From positions 1 to 64,000 of the forward strand of contig QPMI01000393.1 of assembly GCA_004431415.1 (NCBI GenBank): a DNA stretch of 64,000 bases, written 5' to 3'. This document shows positions 12,301-23,961 of this stretch, in pieces (the first letter of the stretch is position 1; every line of letters starts with the position of its first letter). The stretch is from Cyanophora paradoxa CCMP329 (lineage: Eukaryota; Plantae; Glaucophyta). The notes below the pieces were generated by a model. The model saw only the letters and a list, made by a program, of their open reading frames with translations. It was not told the origin of the DNA and did not search any database. Made by a program: the position numbers and the translations under genes.

Positions 12301-14471
12301 CGGCGCGGCGCGGCGCGGCGAGCGGGGCGGCGCCTAGATTCTAGAGAATCGCCTAGCGCGGCGTGAGGGAGTCCCCGCCCACCGACGTCTCGGTCCCGGC
12401 CCCGGCCTAACGGGGCGGGCGGGCGCGGCGCGGCGCGCAGGTGATGCACGCGATCGTGGACCACGTGCCCCCCGGCGTCGAGCGCTACCTCCCCGACCCC
12501 GGTCCGTCCGCTCTCCGGTTTGCTCGTAGGCTACGACGACGACGTTGCGGGCTGACGTATTCTTCTTCGTCTCGGCAGCGCCGTCGGAGGGGCCGGGCGG
12601 GGCCGCCTCCTTCTGCTGCGAGGGCGCGGCGTGCGGCTGCGCGCACGGCGGGGGCGCCCCCTGCGGCGAGGCCGAGGCGGAGGCGGAGGACGACCGGTGC
12701 GGCCCGGCCCCAGGGCAGGCAGGGAAGATAGGGGTCCATAGGAGGGGTCTACAGCCCGCCCGCTACCCTTCCGTCTTCTGCGCCCGCGGCCGCGCGCCCC
12801 CCTACGATCCTGAGTAGTAGTAGCCACCTGTAGTAGTAGCCCGGGGGCCGCGCGCGCGCCCCGCCTCTCTATCTCCTCGCCCACCTCTCCTCTCTATCTA
12901 TCTATCTCTCCCCGCCTCGCCTCGCTGACCCTCCCCTCCCCCCCCGCCCCTCAGGGAGGTGCGGGACGCGCTCGCGGCGGTCGGCGCCGACGCGGCCGAG
13001 GCGGAGGCGGAGGCGGAGCGGGCCGACGCGGAGGACCGCAAGCGCCGCGCCAGGTGCGAGGGGGAGGGACGGAGGAGGGTGGGGCGGGGCGGGCGGGCGG
13101 GAGGGGTCAGGACGAGAAGCTAGCTAGCTAGCTCACGGTTGGGGTGGTGGCCAGAGAGAGAGGTGCGAGAGGAAGGGAGGGAGGTAGGAGGGCGGGGGTG
13201 GGGCCAAGAGGAGAGGCAGGAGCTGGCTAGCTGGCTAGCTCACGCTTGGGGTGGTGGTGGCTCACGCCGCGCCAGGTGCCTGCCCCAGGGCGGGGCGGGG
13301 CGTGGCGGGAGGCGGGTTATCTGGACGAGAGGCAGAAGCTAGCTAGCTGGGGTGGCCAGAGAGTGACCTCGCAGCTGACTGACTGCGCCGCAGCGTGCGG
13401 GCGTCGCTGGGGGAGGAGGCGGGCGAGGGCGAGGAGGACGGGGGCCGGCCGGGCCCCGATCGCGATCGCGAGGCGGCGACGCCCTCGGAGGAGGAAGGGG
13501 GCGAGGGCGAGGGGGAGGGCGCGGGGGGCCTCTCGGCCCTCCAGGCGGCCGCCGCCAGCGCCCTCGCCGGCGTTCGCGCCTTCCTCGCCGAGCGGTGCGC
13601 CCCTCGGTCCCTCCGCCCGCACCGCCTTCGTCCCTCCGCGCCTTCTAGGGAGCGGCGCCCCTCCCTGCCCCGCCCCGCCCCGCCCCGCTTCCCGCTTCCC
13701 GCTTCTAAGGAGCGCCGCCTTCGTTCTGGGTCCCTGCAGAGAGGCCCCAGGCCCGGGTTACTGTTCCCGCTGCTAGGATTCACGCTGCCGGGGTTCTTTC
13801 TATGCGCCCCGCGCTCGTCGCCGGGCACCCCCGGCGCGGCGCGAGCGAGCCTAGGCCTCTAGCCCCTCCGCCTGCCCCTCCCCCTCCTTCCATCATCCAC
13901 CCCCTTCTCCCTCTCATCCCCCCGCCCGGGCTCGCGCAGGGCGGCCGCCGGCATCCTCTCGCGCTCCTCCTCCTCCGCCACCGTCGACTCGCTCGCGCAC
14001 TCGACGGCCTCCTCCTCGGGGCCCTCGGGGCACCCCATGCGGCCGCCCCACGTGCACCCCCACCCGGAGGAGCCCGCGGGGTACGAGGCCGGCGCCGCCG
14101 CCGCCGGCGTCGCCGGTACCCCCAGGGACGCCGTCAAGGTTCACTCTCTTCTCTCTGCTTCCTCCTCCGTACCCCGCCTTCTTCTGATCCTTCCCCCCCC
14201 CCCCCCCCCCCCCTCAGGGCAAGGCGTGCGAGTGCCTGCACCCGTCGCACCTGACGGTGGGGCCGGCGTGGGCGAGCCCGCCGTGGCCCACCGTCGCCCT
14301 GCAGCGCGAGGACGCCCTCATCGAGCGGTGCGCTTACGTAGCTCTGGCCGGCTTCTTCTCTCCCCCCCCCCCCGCGTTCCTGAAATCGTACCCCCCAGGC
14401 ACCTGCGGTGCAACGAGCACTCGCTGGAGGCTGAGCACGCGCACTCGGCGCACCGCGTCGTCTTCCTGTAG
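9358..14471 (+). CDS. Alpha/beta hydrolase (ABHD4/ABHD5/Ict1-like), many exons; 3' exons less certain
   Basis: PILLLHGHSSGAAMW, VYAIDMLGW/GRSSRP, nucleophile elbow VGHSLGG, acid WGAEDP and His in RRADHG. Confidence 0.75.
11794..12150 (+). repeat. Imperfect tandem repeats in an intron, each repeating the exon end and GC donor (CACCCCGACGAG|GCGAG)
   Basis: CACCCCGACGAGGCGAGC occurs near 11795, 11968 and 12078, with repeated TAGATCCTACG and GAGAGGGAGGG blocks between. Confidence 0.75.
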
Positions 14472-15915
14472 CCCCCCCCCCCCCCCCGGTCCCGAGCCGT
14501 CGAGCGAGCCGTCGAGCCGCAGAGCCGTCGGATCTAATCTAAGTAACGCCCCCTTTCGAGACTTAGTCGCTGTGCCCCTTTCAGATATGCGCCGCCGCGT
14601 TCAGTGCCTTTCTCAAGTTTCCGTCTGTGATTTCTGTCCATACCTGTCGAAGACTCTGTGCAGTCCTAGTCGTAATTCGTTAGGTGCGTGGCGTGTCCAG
14701 CGATGTTGTTTCTTTGTGATCGAACAGATCCCCGCCCCCCCTCTCAGACTCTAGATCTATAGCCAGGACCAATCCAACCCCGTAACACAGCCAGGTAGCT
14801 GTAGGATGTAGCTCGGCAGATCGATATATGTTTTCGCCCTTGCAGCTGTTCCTGCGCAGTTCGACAGTTCCAGTGAACTAGTTTGATGTGAGCTGCAGTA
14901 TGTATGAAGCCGAATCGGCGAGAAGTGACGCAGCACTAGTACTTTCAGTGTACTTTCAGCGGCCGCGGCCTCCCGGAGTCCTGTAGTGCGCCGTGGCACT
15001 CACACGGCAGCCTGCAGCTCAGCGGCTGGCATGCACAGCCTGGCATGCACAGCTCATGAAATATTGATCGGCTCACCGAGTCAGCGGCTGCGGGACTTCA
15101 CTTCGGCTAGGCCTCGCCGCGCCTGAGGGCCCGGCCCGCCCCCGAGCCCAGACTCTGCGCGCGAGGCCCGGCGGCCCTGCTGAAGCTGCGAGAAGCTCCC
15201 GGTTGCGGTCCGAGGCCCGAGGCCCGAGGCCCGAGGCTCAAGGCTTGAGCTCAAGACATTCAAAATTCATGAATCAGCTGCCGCAGTGCTCCCGAGTCCC
15301 CCGGTCACCGGGCCGGGGGTGCCACAGTATACGTACCGTAGTACGTGATCATGATCATGCCATGATGAGCTAGCGTCATGCATATGAGCTAGCCGCTGAG
15401 CGCTGTCCATCGGTCAGGCCCCGGGCCCGACTTGGCGAGGCCCTCAAAGCCTGATCATGAGGCTGCGCACTGCGGCATGCAGCTTAGCCTCGGCGACTGG
15501 CACGGTCGACGTCAGCCGCGGAGCCCGGCCCCCCGGGCCGCCGGGCCTTGATCATGAGCGCCGCGCTCACTGACAGTGATTTGAATAATTCCTGATCACG
15601 GATTTGTTGATATTTCAAAGCTTCCAAGATCAAGATTCCACTAATGGTTCATTGGCCAGGGGATTGAGACTTGAGAGAAACCCATAGAAAGAACGGGAAT
15701 TGCCCCCGCCCCCGGGCCCTACTACGGGACTTCGGAATACGCGACCCAGGAAAACCGAATACCGAACCAGCCTAAACGCTGTTATTCTGCCGCTGATGCT
15801 GCTGCTGGTGCTGCTGAACTAAGACTGCCCTGGGCAACGTTATAGGCTGCACTGGACCCTCGGGAGCTCCGAGACAGGCGCGGATCGCTACGAATCTGAC
15901 CGGTTTCGCGATCGA

Positions 15916-16087
15916 TCAGGGGGCCGAGCCGCGGCCCGCAGGCTCGCCCGCCTCGCCGCCCCCCTCATCCTCCTCCTCCTCCTCCGCGTCCTCCTCATCC
16001 GCTTCGGCCTCGCCCTCGCCCTCCGCCTCCGCCTCCGCCTCCGCCTCCTCCGATTCGTTCCCCGCCTCGTCCTCTTCCCCCCCCCCT

Positions 16088-16127
<40 letters not shown>

Positions 16128-17367
16128 CGCCGCCGTCGCCGCCGCCGCCCTCCTCTTGGCCGTGGTGGTCCCTCCCGTCGCCGCGCCGCCGTCCGCAGAC
16201 GCGCGCCGCGCCGGCGGCTCGCCGCGCCGCCGCGGCCCGCCCGCCGCCGCGGCCGCCGCGGCCGCCGCGGCCGCGCTCCGACTTGGCGCCCCGCCTTCGG
16301 CCCCCCGGCCTCCGAATCGCCGTCCTCGCCACCGCCCCCGCCGGCCCGCGCCGGCGGCCTTCCGTCCGCAGAAGGCGGCGGGTGCGCCGCCTCGCCGCCC
16401 GCGCCGCCCGCGCCGCCGCCGCCGCCGCCGCCGCCGCGCTGCTTGCCGCCCGCCTCCGCATCCGCGCCGCCCCTCCCGCCTCGTCCCGCCGGCGCCGGCG
16501 CCCCTTCTCAGGGCCGCGTTCTCCTCCTCCAGCTCCCGCACGCGCTTCAGCGTCGCGGCCAGAGTCTTCCTCAGCCCCGCGTTCTCGCTCCGCAGGCTCT
16601 TGACCTCCGACCGCATCTGGGACGAGTGAGCGGGGGGGCGGGGGGGCGAGAGGGGGCGGGCGGGGCGCAGCACTCGGACCCCCGCCGCCGCCCCCTGCGT
16701 GTCCTTCTTCTTCCCGCCGTCCGCGCCGCCGCCGCCGCCGCCCGAAGGCCCGCCCTCGTCGCCGCCGTCGCCACCGCCGCCGCCCGAGTGCCGCCGGAGG
16801 GCGCTGGCAATCGCCTCCAGCGCCCCCGCCGCCGTCTCGAGCTCGCCGTACCCGTCCGCCGCCACCGCCGCGAGGGACTGGCAGAGCGCCCCCTGCTCGT
16901 CGTCCGACCCGCCGCCGCCGCCGCCCCCGCGCTTCGCGTGCCCCGCCCTGAGCCGCCTCCGCGCTGCGACGCAGAGGGGCGGGATCAGGTCGAGCGCGCG
17001 CCCGCGGCGCGCGCGCGGACCTCTGGAGGAAGGTGTGGCCTTCCCGCCGCGCTCGGAGGCCGCCCCGCCGGCGGGCGACGTCATCCCGGGGGGTAGGGGC
17101 GGCCCCGGCGGCGGCATGTTGTCCGCCCCCGGGAGCCCGGGCAGCGGGGGCGGCTGGCCGAAGGGGTACCCGAACGCCGGGCCGAACGTGAAGGGACCGA
17201 AGGGGCCGCCCATGGCACCGAAGGCGGGCGGGGGGCCGGCCCCCGGCATCGGGCCGCGCCCGGGGGGTCCCATCATGGGGAAGGCTCCTTGCGGGGGCAT
17301 GCCCTGCGGGCCCATCGGGCCAGCGCCCGGGCTCGGCTTTCGCCCGTTGGGACCCGAGCCCTTCATC

Positions 17368-17402
<35 letters not shown>

Positions 17403-17721
17403 CCCGCCGCCGTTCATGGACCCCCGGGGGCTCCCCGGGCCGTCCGAACCCTCCGGCGGCCCAGACTTGACCGGCTTGAAGCCGTCTGTTCCCCCGGCCG
17501 GTCAGCGGGCGGCTCGAGAACGGGGGGTGGGGGGAATGAGAGGGCGGGTACGGCGCACATGGGTTTTCGGGGTCCGTGATGTTAATCAAATCGAAAGGAG
17601 TGTCCACGAGGGGGGTACAGGAGCACTTGACCGCCCGCCAGCGCTTGCCCTGCGCGCCACGCCGTCGGCATGGTGGAAGGCGGGGCGGGGGAGGGAGAGC
17701 AAGGGGGCGGGGGAGGGGGGG

Positions 17722-17773
<52 letters not shown>

Positions 17774-19010
17774 AGGAGGAGGGAGGGGCGGCGCACGAGC
17801 TTCGCCTCGTCCTCATACTCGGGTATGACAACGATGCCGAGCATCTTTGGGCAGTATCCCAGGATCTGGAGGCGTACCCGGGGTCAGGCAGAGCCGGGGG
17901 CGCGCGGCGCGGCAGCCTGGCGCTCGCCTTCAGGAGACCGTCCCCTTGATGCCTGTGCCGAAAGGAGGATAAGCACGCGTCGGACGGAAGGGGGGAAAGG
18001 CCGGCGGGGGGTACGAAAGCACCAAACGTAGAAGGCGTCCAGACGCTGCTGCCGGTCCACAGTTGCGTAGTACCTGCGACCCTCGGCGTCCGTCGCGAAG
18101 TTCTTGTTGTCGCGGCCCTGCGCGAGGCGCGGCGCGGCGGGCTCGAACGGAGCGGGGCGACGCAAGGAGGGCGCGCAGCACACACCTTCGTCTCTAGCTT
18201 TGCCCCCGATGTGACGAGCTCGGCCAGGATGTTCCTGCCAGAGCATGCGTACTCGGCATCGTAGAGGACTTGCAGGCTGCGCGCGGGGAAGAGCGACGTG
18301 AGCGCGGAGGCGCTGGCGGGCGCGGCCCGCGCCGCTCCGCGCACATCTTGAAGAAGACGCCGGCGGCCGATTTGAACTCGTCGGTCTCCGGCACGAAGAG
18401 CTTGAGAGGCGACGGGTCCGTGGGGATGGTCTGTGCTTTGAAGTGGCGCCAGTCGAACCGGGCCTGCAGCACGTGGGAGGGTGAGGGCCTGGCGGAAGTG
18501 TGCAGTGCATTCGATCGTTAGCTAGTCGACTTGCTTTGCGCGAGAAATGCGCGAGCGTCGCCGCGTGCAGTTGCGGCTGGTTTGAGGAACTCCCGGGAAT
18601 CAAAAGCACGGCAGATGCGTGCGATCGCACCTTGTATCTGCAGTTCACGACCTGCACGGCCGTAGGGAATCGGAAAGCGGCCCAGCGCGGCGCAGCCGCG
18701 AGGCGCACCCGCTTCTTCTTCGTGCCCTCGTCGAATTCGCTATCAAAGTCCTGCTGGGGAGCCGGTCGTTTCAAGCCACTCATGCCTGCCATATCGTACT
18801 CATTTCCTCCGCCGAACGGGCTGAAAGGCAGGTTCGGTGGCATCGGAGGTCCAGGCATCGGACCGCCCGGAAAGTGCGCCAGCGGATGCGGAGGTCCGGG
18901 CGGCGGCCCGCCCGGACCCGTTAGCGTCGGAGGTGGCTCCAGCTCGCTGTCGAAGGTGCTGGCACTGCCCGCGTAACTTTTGCTTCCTAAGAGTACCCCC
19001 CGGAAGCCAT
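15916..19010 (-). CDS. Uncharacterised Pro/Gly-rich protein with a central globular domain, coiled coil and acidic tail; start uncertain
   Basis: Consistent spliced exons: KRP..KKKR (NLS-like), RFDWRHFKAQ..LQVLYDAEY..RLDAFYVWCF..KRWRAVKCSC, coiled coil SEVKSLRSENAGLRKTLAATLKRVRELEEEN, then a Glu-rich end. Confidence 0.55.
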
Positions 19011-19051
19011 TGAGCAGACTCGGCACAGAGCTTGTCAAGGGATAGCTAGCT

Positions 19052-20500
19052 ATGGCCTCGAAACCAGCCGCCGCGCCTTCGAAGCCTGCTGCGGCAGCAC
19101 CTGCGAAGTCGGGGGCGGCTGTCAAGGTGTGTACGCCGCTAAATGTCCGCGTCCCGCTTGCTAAGGTCTGCGTCCCGCTTGCGTGCAGCACAAGTCCAAA
19201 TACAGCAAGACCGACGTTCTGATGCTCAAAGCCGTTTTCGACGGCATCGACACGGTGCGCAGCGTTCCGCGCGTTCCTGAGGAGCGCTGCTGACGCTATG
19301 CAATCTCTCAGAACGGCTCGGGCAAGGTTTCTACGTACGGTCCGTTCGCGCCCTGATCGGATCGGCCGCGCTTTCGGTGTGCTGATCGGATCCAGCGCAG
19401 AGTTCGCTGCCGCGTTGAAGGCCTCGCCGAGTTCAGCACACCTCGCCGAGCACGCCGCAGATCTTGTAAAGCACTCCGACAAGGACAAGGACGGCAAGCT
19501 CAGCGCAGGTACTCCCCAGCTTTCTGGATCAGCCGCGCCACGTCGCCAACCCACGGACGCCCCCCTCCCTCCCCAGATGAGACGCTCGCCCTCCTTTATC
19601 CTTTCGCGAACGAGCGCGACAAGCACATTATGCTGCGGTGGTGGAATCCGCCCGGTCAGCGCCTGCGCCCCCTTGGCCCGCGCCCTCAAAGGGCTCCCCT
19701 CACAGCCAAGCGCAGCGCCCAAGGTCGCCCCGCCTCCCCCTCCGGCCCTTTCCGATGCGCAGAAGCGGGCGAGTTATGTTTCGCTGCTTTCCATCTTTGG
19801 CCGCCCTCTGACCCCGCCCCCCGGGCAGGAAATCGCGTCCATCTTCAGGTGAGCCGGAGTCGGCCCCACGGCCCTCCCCTGCTTGGCCGCGGCCCCCTGC
19901 TGGCCGCTGAGATCGCTCGCGTAGTGTATATGATAAGAACAAGGACGGCATGCTTACAGTCGGTGCGCGCCCGCCGCCGCCGCCGCCGCCGCCTGTCCCC
20001 TTCCCTCATCCCAGCTCCTCATCCGCCCGCCCCCCCGCCCGCAGAGGAGCTCACTGAGGCTCTTCAGGCACGCCCCCGCCTCAAGCCGAACGGCACGACT
20101 TCGCCGCCTCGCTGCCCGCTGACGCCCGGCGCCCCCAGAAAATCATGTCGAGCGAGGAGGTGGAGGAAATGTTCCAGCGATGTGCGCCTCCTTTGGCCCT
20201 CTAGATCTGCGCTTCCCCGGCCCGGCCCCCGCTTTGGCTCACAGGTCCCTCCAGACGACGCCGACAAGTCCAAAACCATCTCTCCCAAGGAGGTACATCC
20301 CCCCCCCCCCCCCCCCCCTCTCCCTTCCCCCCTCCCCGCGCGTCCTCTGCTGACACTCTACCCCGGCTGGGCCGCCAGTTCGAAGAGATGATGTTCGAGG
20401 TACGCCTCTCTGCAGCTTTCCGAGCTCTGGATTGATTTGCAATTTGCCGCTGATGCACTTCCTTTAAACCGCGCAGAGCTATTTGGGCGCCGCGAAATGA
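19052..20500 (+). CDS. Four-EF-hand protein, outer dynein arm docking complex DC3 (ODA14)-like
   Basis: Spliced MASKPAAA..KYSKTDVLMLKAVFDGIDTNGSGKVS.AEF..DKDKDGKLSADETLALLYPFANERDKHIMLRW..QKREIASIFSVYDKNKDGMLT..DADKSKTISPKEFEEMMFESYL. The LYP-A..M..W linker and terminal SYL resemble Chlamydomonas DC3 as I recall it. Confidence 0.7.
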
Positions 20501-20975
20501 TGTGCACACTTGTGTGCATACTGTCAAAATTACTGTACGTACAAATGCAGTGTACATATGCAAGTGTATGCAACTTCGAAAGAAGTACATGGCGATGCTC
20601 TTGGACAGAGGACTCCGGGAGTAACTAAAGCTAGTCATGGGCCGGGCCGGGTCTGTAGTAACTGATCATGAACGCGGCACTGCGGATGCTGTCTAGATCT
20701 GCAGTGTTGAAGATCGCGTGATGGTTGATAAAACTACGAACGCCAAGTAGCAAGAGAATGTCTGCTAGCACTCGTCTGAAAGAGCCTACGACTGCTAGCT
20801 ACCAGTTCTAGACCTGCAAATTAAATACTGTACAAACTGCCAGCCAGAACTGCTGCTGAATGTGAAAAACACAGAATATGCAAGCACGCAACAGATTGAG
20901 TATGCAAGTAGAAGCACGAGGAGGGGCAAGAAAAAGAGGTGGGGATATGCTGAAGTTGCCTAGCCCTAGCTGTAA

Positions 20976-22019
20976 TCACTGTACCCCTCGCTGGCGCTTG
21001 GGGCGGTCCATGCTGGGAACAGGGGCCTCCTTGCGCTTCGTGGAGCCGTGGCCGCCCGCGTTCTTGTCCGCTGTTTCCGCCTTGCAGTAGCAGCCTGTGG
21101 GCTCGGTCAGCATGCTGTGTACATGTCGACAGAAAGCGGAGACGTGCGCACGGTAGGCGGGCGTGGTGCCCTCAGCGACGACGGCTTCCGGGGCTTCCGG
21201 GGTGGCGCAGCGAGTGATGACGACGCGGCACCGAAGCTGCTCTTCATGCAGCTTGTACGCCGCGAGATCCTTCGCCTTCAGCCAGAGCCGTGACTCTATG
21301 ATCATCGCCTGCCGTGTATCTAGGTCAGGGGGCGCCAGATAAAAGGAGCGCAAGGGCGCGCAACGCAACGCACCCCGTGCTCGTCGTACGAGATGCTGCC
21401 CGTTTCGAGGGAGGGCGAGATGAGCTCCGGGCGGAACTTCTCACCCAGGTACTCGGCCCCGGGGACGGGAATGAAGACATTTTTACAGATGCACATCTCC
21501 GGGATCAAATTGAGCGCGTACGCGCCGGGCTGGCCCCATCCAGGCAGCGCACACCCCAGACCGACCGTGGAAGAGCCACGCTTGACAGTGACGGCGAACT
21601 TTTGAATGTGGTTCTGCACGACCGGCGCATTCTGCGCGAATATCGATGAAAACTGTGCCGACGCAGCAGCATGCATCGCATAGAGAGCTCACCTCGGCGA
21701 ACGTGGTCCTGACGCGAAGCTCTTGCAATTGACGGGTTTTTGCGTCGGGGGCATAGGAAAGGCACGCACCCGAATCCATTATCCCACCGACCGCCAACAA
21801 CCCCGAAGCCGTCGCCGTCGTCGTGGAGAAAGCAGCGCAGGCCTGCTCGTCTTGTTCCTGGAAGTTGTTCAAGTCGAAGGTATGCGGCAGGGAGTCATGC
21901 AATGCCGCCTCCGGGATGTGAGCGCTCGCCAAGAGTAAGCCGGAATCGCGCGCGGCGTCCATCACGCCCTGGTCAGCGCATACATCTGCCATGAACATCC
22001 ATGCCTCGATGCTGGCCAT
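20976..22019 (-). CDS. Unknown protein, copy A of an inverted paralog pair (2 introns)
   Basis: ORFs 21483-22019, 21320-21676 and 20976-21368 can be joined by short introns. The C-terminus is EAVVAEGTTPAYR..SAFCRHVHSMLTEPTGCYCK..KRKEAPVPSMDRPKRQR. Confidence 0.55.
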
Positions 22020-22380
22020 CGTGCCGCTCGTGCAGGTTTGGAGTGGAATGGGCTGCTTTGCTGCGTGCGATGCTTCTGGTCGCTTGTGGAATGAGCGGAT
22101 TTTTGCAATTATTGGCCGTGTGACTTGTGTTGCTCGGGATGCCAGCTGACCGCCAAAGCTTCAGCTGACCGCCTAGGCTTCAGCTGACAGCAGCGGAGCG
22201 GCTGTACCCCCCAACAGTACCCCAGTGTAACCCCACTGTAACCCCAGCCACTGCAGCCACAGTGCACCCACCCTGCCACACAGCACAGTGCAGCCAAAGT
22301 GCAGCCATAGGCTCACAGCCGCCACACTGCTTCACCGAGCCACTCTTGCTCTGCAGCAGCTCCGCGCAGGCTTCTGCAAA

Positions 22381-23142
22381 ATGCCTCCACCAGCACATCA
22401 GCTTTTCGACACGCCGGACAACGATGCCGTTCTTGTACAACTTGTCGACTACGACTCGGACGTCGATGAGCTCGATGGCGGACGTGTCGAACTTGCCGAC
22501 GACTCGGGCGTCGATGAGCTCGATGGCGAGACGCTTTCGCCCTATAATGACCTGAACGACCTGTCGATTGAAGTCCCTGGCCATCGCTCGGAAGTTTTCA
22601 GCGCTGGAATCGACACGCGAACGCTCCCCTTCGACCTTGGGCTCGACTGCGCGAGCAAGGGGGATGCATTCTCCTGGCACGATGCGACTGCGGAGCAATG
22701 GTTGGCTGCAATGGAGCTGGCGGCGACGCTGGCTTCACCACGTTCGCCCCCGCCGGCGCCGCTGTCCTCGTACGACGAGATGCCCGGCGAGCAGGCGGAG
22801 CAGACGACGAGGCCTGCGAGCCCGACTCCGGGGTTGTTGGCGTTCGGTGGGCTAATGGATTTGGCTGCATATGCGCGCCTTTCCGCCCCCGAAGCAAAAA
22901 CCCGTCAAGAGCTTCGCATCAGGACCAGCGCGGAAGCCGTCGTCGCTGAGGGCACCACGCCCGCCTACCGTAAACTCACCTCCGCTTTCTGTCGACATGT
23001 ACACAGCATGCTGACCGAGCCCACAGGCTGCTACTGCAAGGCGGAAACGTCGGACAAGAACGCGGGCGGCCATGGCTCTACGAAGCGCAAGGAGGCCCCT
23101 GTTCCCAGCATGGACCGCCTCAAGCGACAGCGAGGGGGATAG
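22381..23142 (+). CDS. Unknown protein, copy B of the inverted paralog pair (internally deleted, intronless)
   Basis: Shares GLLA.GG.MD...AP.AKTRQ..ELR.RT and a near-identical C-terminal ~70 aa with copy A but lacks the middle exon. It also has an internal DS.VDELDG repeat. Confidence 0.55.
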   Translation: MPPPAHQLFDTPDNDAVLVQLVDYDSDVDELDGGRVELADDSGVDELDGETLSPYNDLNDLSIEVPGHRSEVFSAGIDTRTLPFDLGLDCASKGDAFSWHDATAEQWLAAMELAATLASPRSPPPAPLSSYDEMPGEQAEQTTRPASPTPGLLAFGGLMDLAAYARLSAPEAKTRQELRIRTSAEAVVAEGTTPAYRKLTSAFCRHVHSMLTEPTGCYCKAETSDKNAGGHGSTKRKEAPVPSMDRLKRQRGG

Positions 23143-23961
23143 TGATTACAGCTAGGTGACTGCAGCGTGCCCCCACCGCTTTTTTCCCCCCCGCCCCGTG
23201 CTGCTCCTTGCATTTACATTCAGATATCGATGTCCTTTTAGTATCACAGTCTTTGCAGTTATAGCTATTCTTTGCAGCTAGATTAGTACCCATTGCTGTT
23301 CTTTAATTAATGTTTCGAATTCGCAATCGACTCTGCTGTAGGCCTTCTGCTTTTATTAAAAAGCATCACGTTATTGCATTTGTATCATTCAATATCTTTG
23401 TCACAGTGTGATTTGATAAAATCTGTAGATATCATAGTTTAGCACTGCGCTCGGGCTCGAGTTTACCGTAGTACTCGTAAGGTAGTTTACATAGGTCTCT
23501 GCAGTAGACCCGCTGCTCAATTCTTGCAATTGGATAGGACTTAAAAGCTTGCATGTAATTCATTCCGAAGTTCTCAATCTCGCAGTCTAGATCTGGATCT
23601 CTCATGATCAGAGTCTCAGAGTCTAACTTAGTAAACTGGCGCTCGCATGCCATTGCATGCATGTGTAGACTGAGGATCCCGGAGCTTGTACATGTCCAGT
23701 GTCTTTCGAAGCAAATCATCAATGCCATCAGCGGTGAGGCTATTCACTTCTCTTAATCTACGTTACCAATCTCCAGCTGAACTTTAGAAAGGAACAAACA
23801 AGAGCACAAGCTCCAGCTGTGCTACTGGCCCATTGGTGCTGGCCGCAGCTGGGCACGTACGTGAGGTCAAAGCTAGAAGTACACGACGTCAATGAAATAA
23901 GACGCAAAGGAGAGAGGAGAGAAAAGGGGCAGCTGCAGGCGAATGCGTGCGCATGCATGGC

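Noticed and set aside
17722-17771. Poly-G run as coding poly-Pro/Gly or a functional G-quadruplex
   Set aside because: It lies within a predicted intron of the minus-strand gene, similar C/G runs are common in these introns, and homopolymer length is unreliable.
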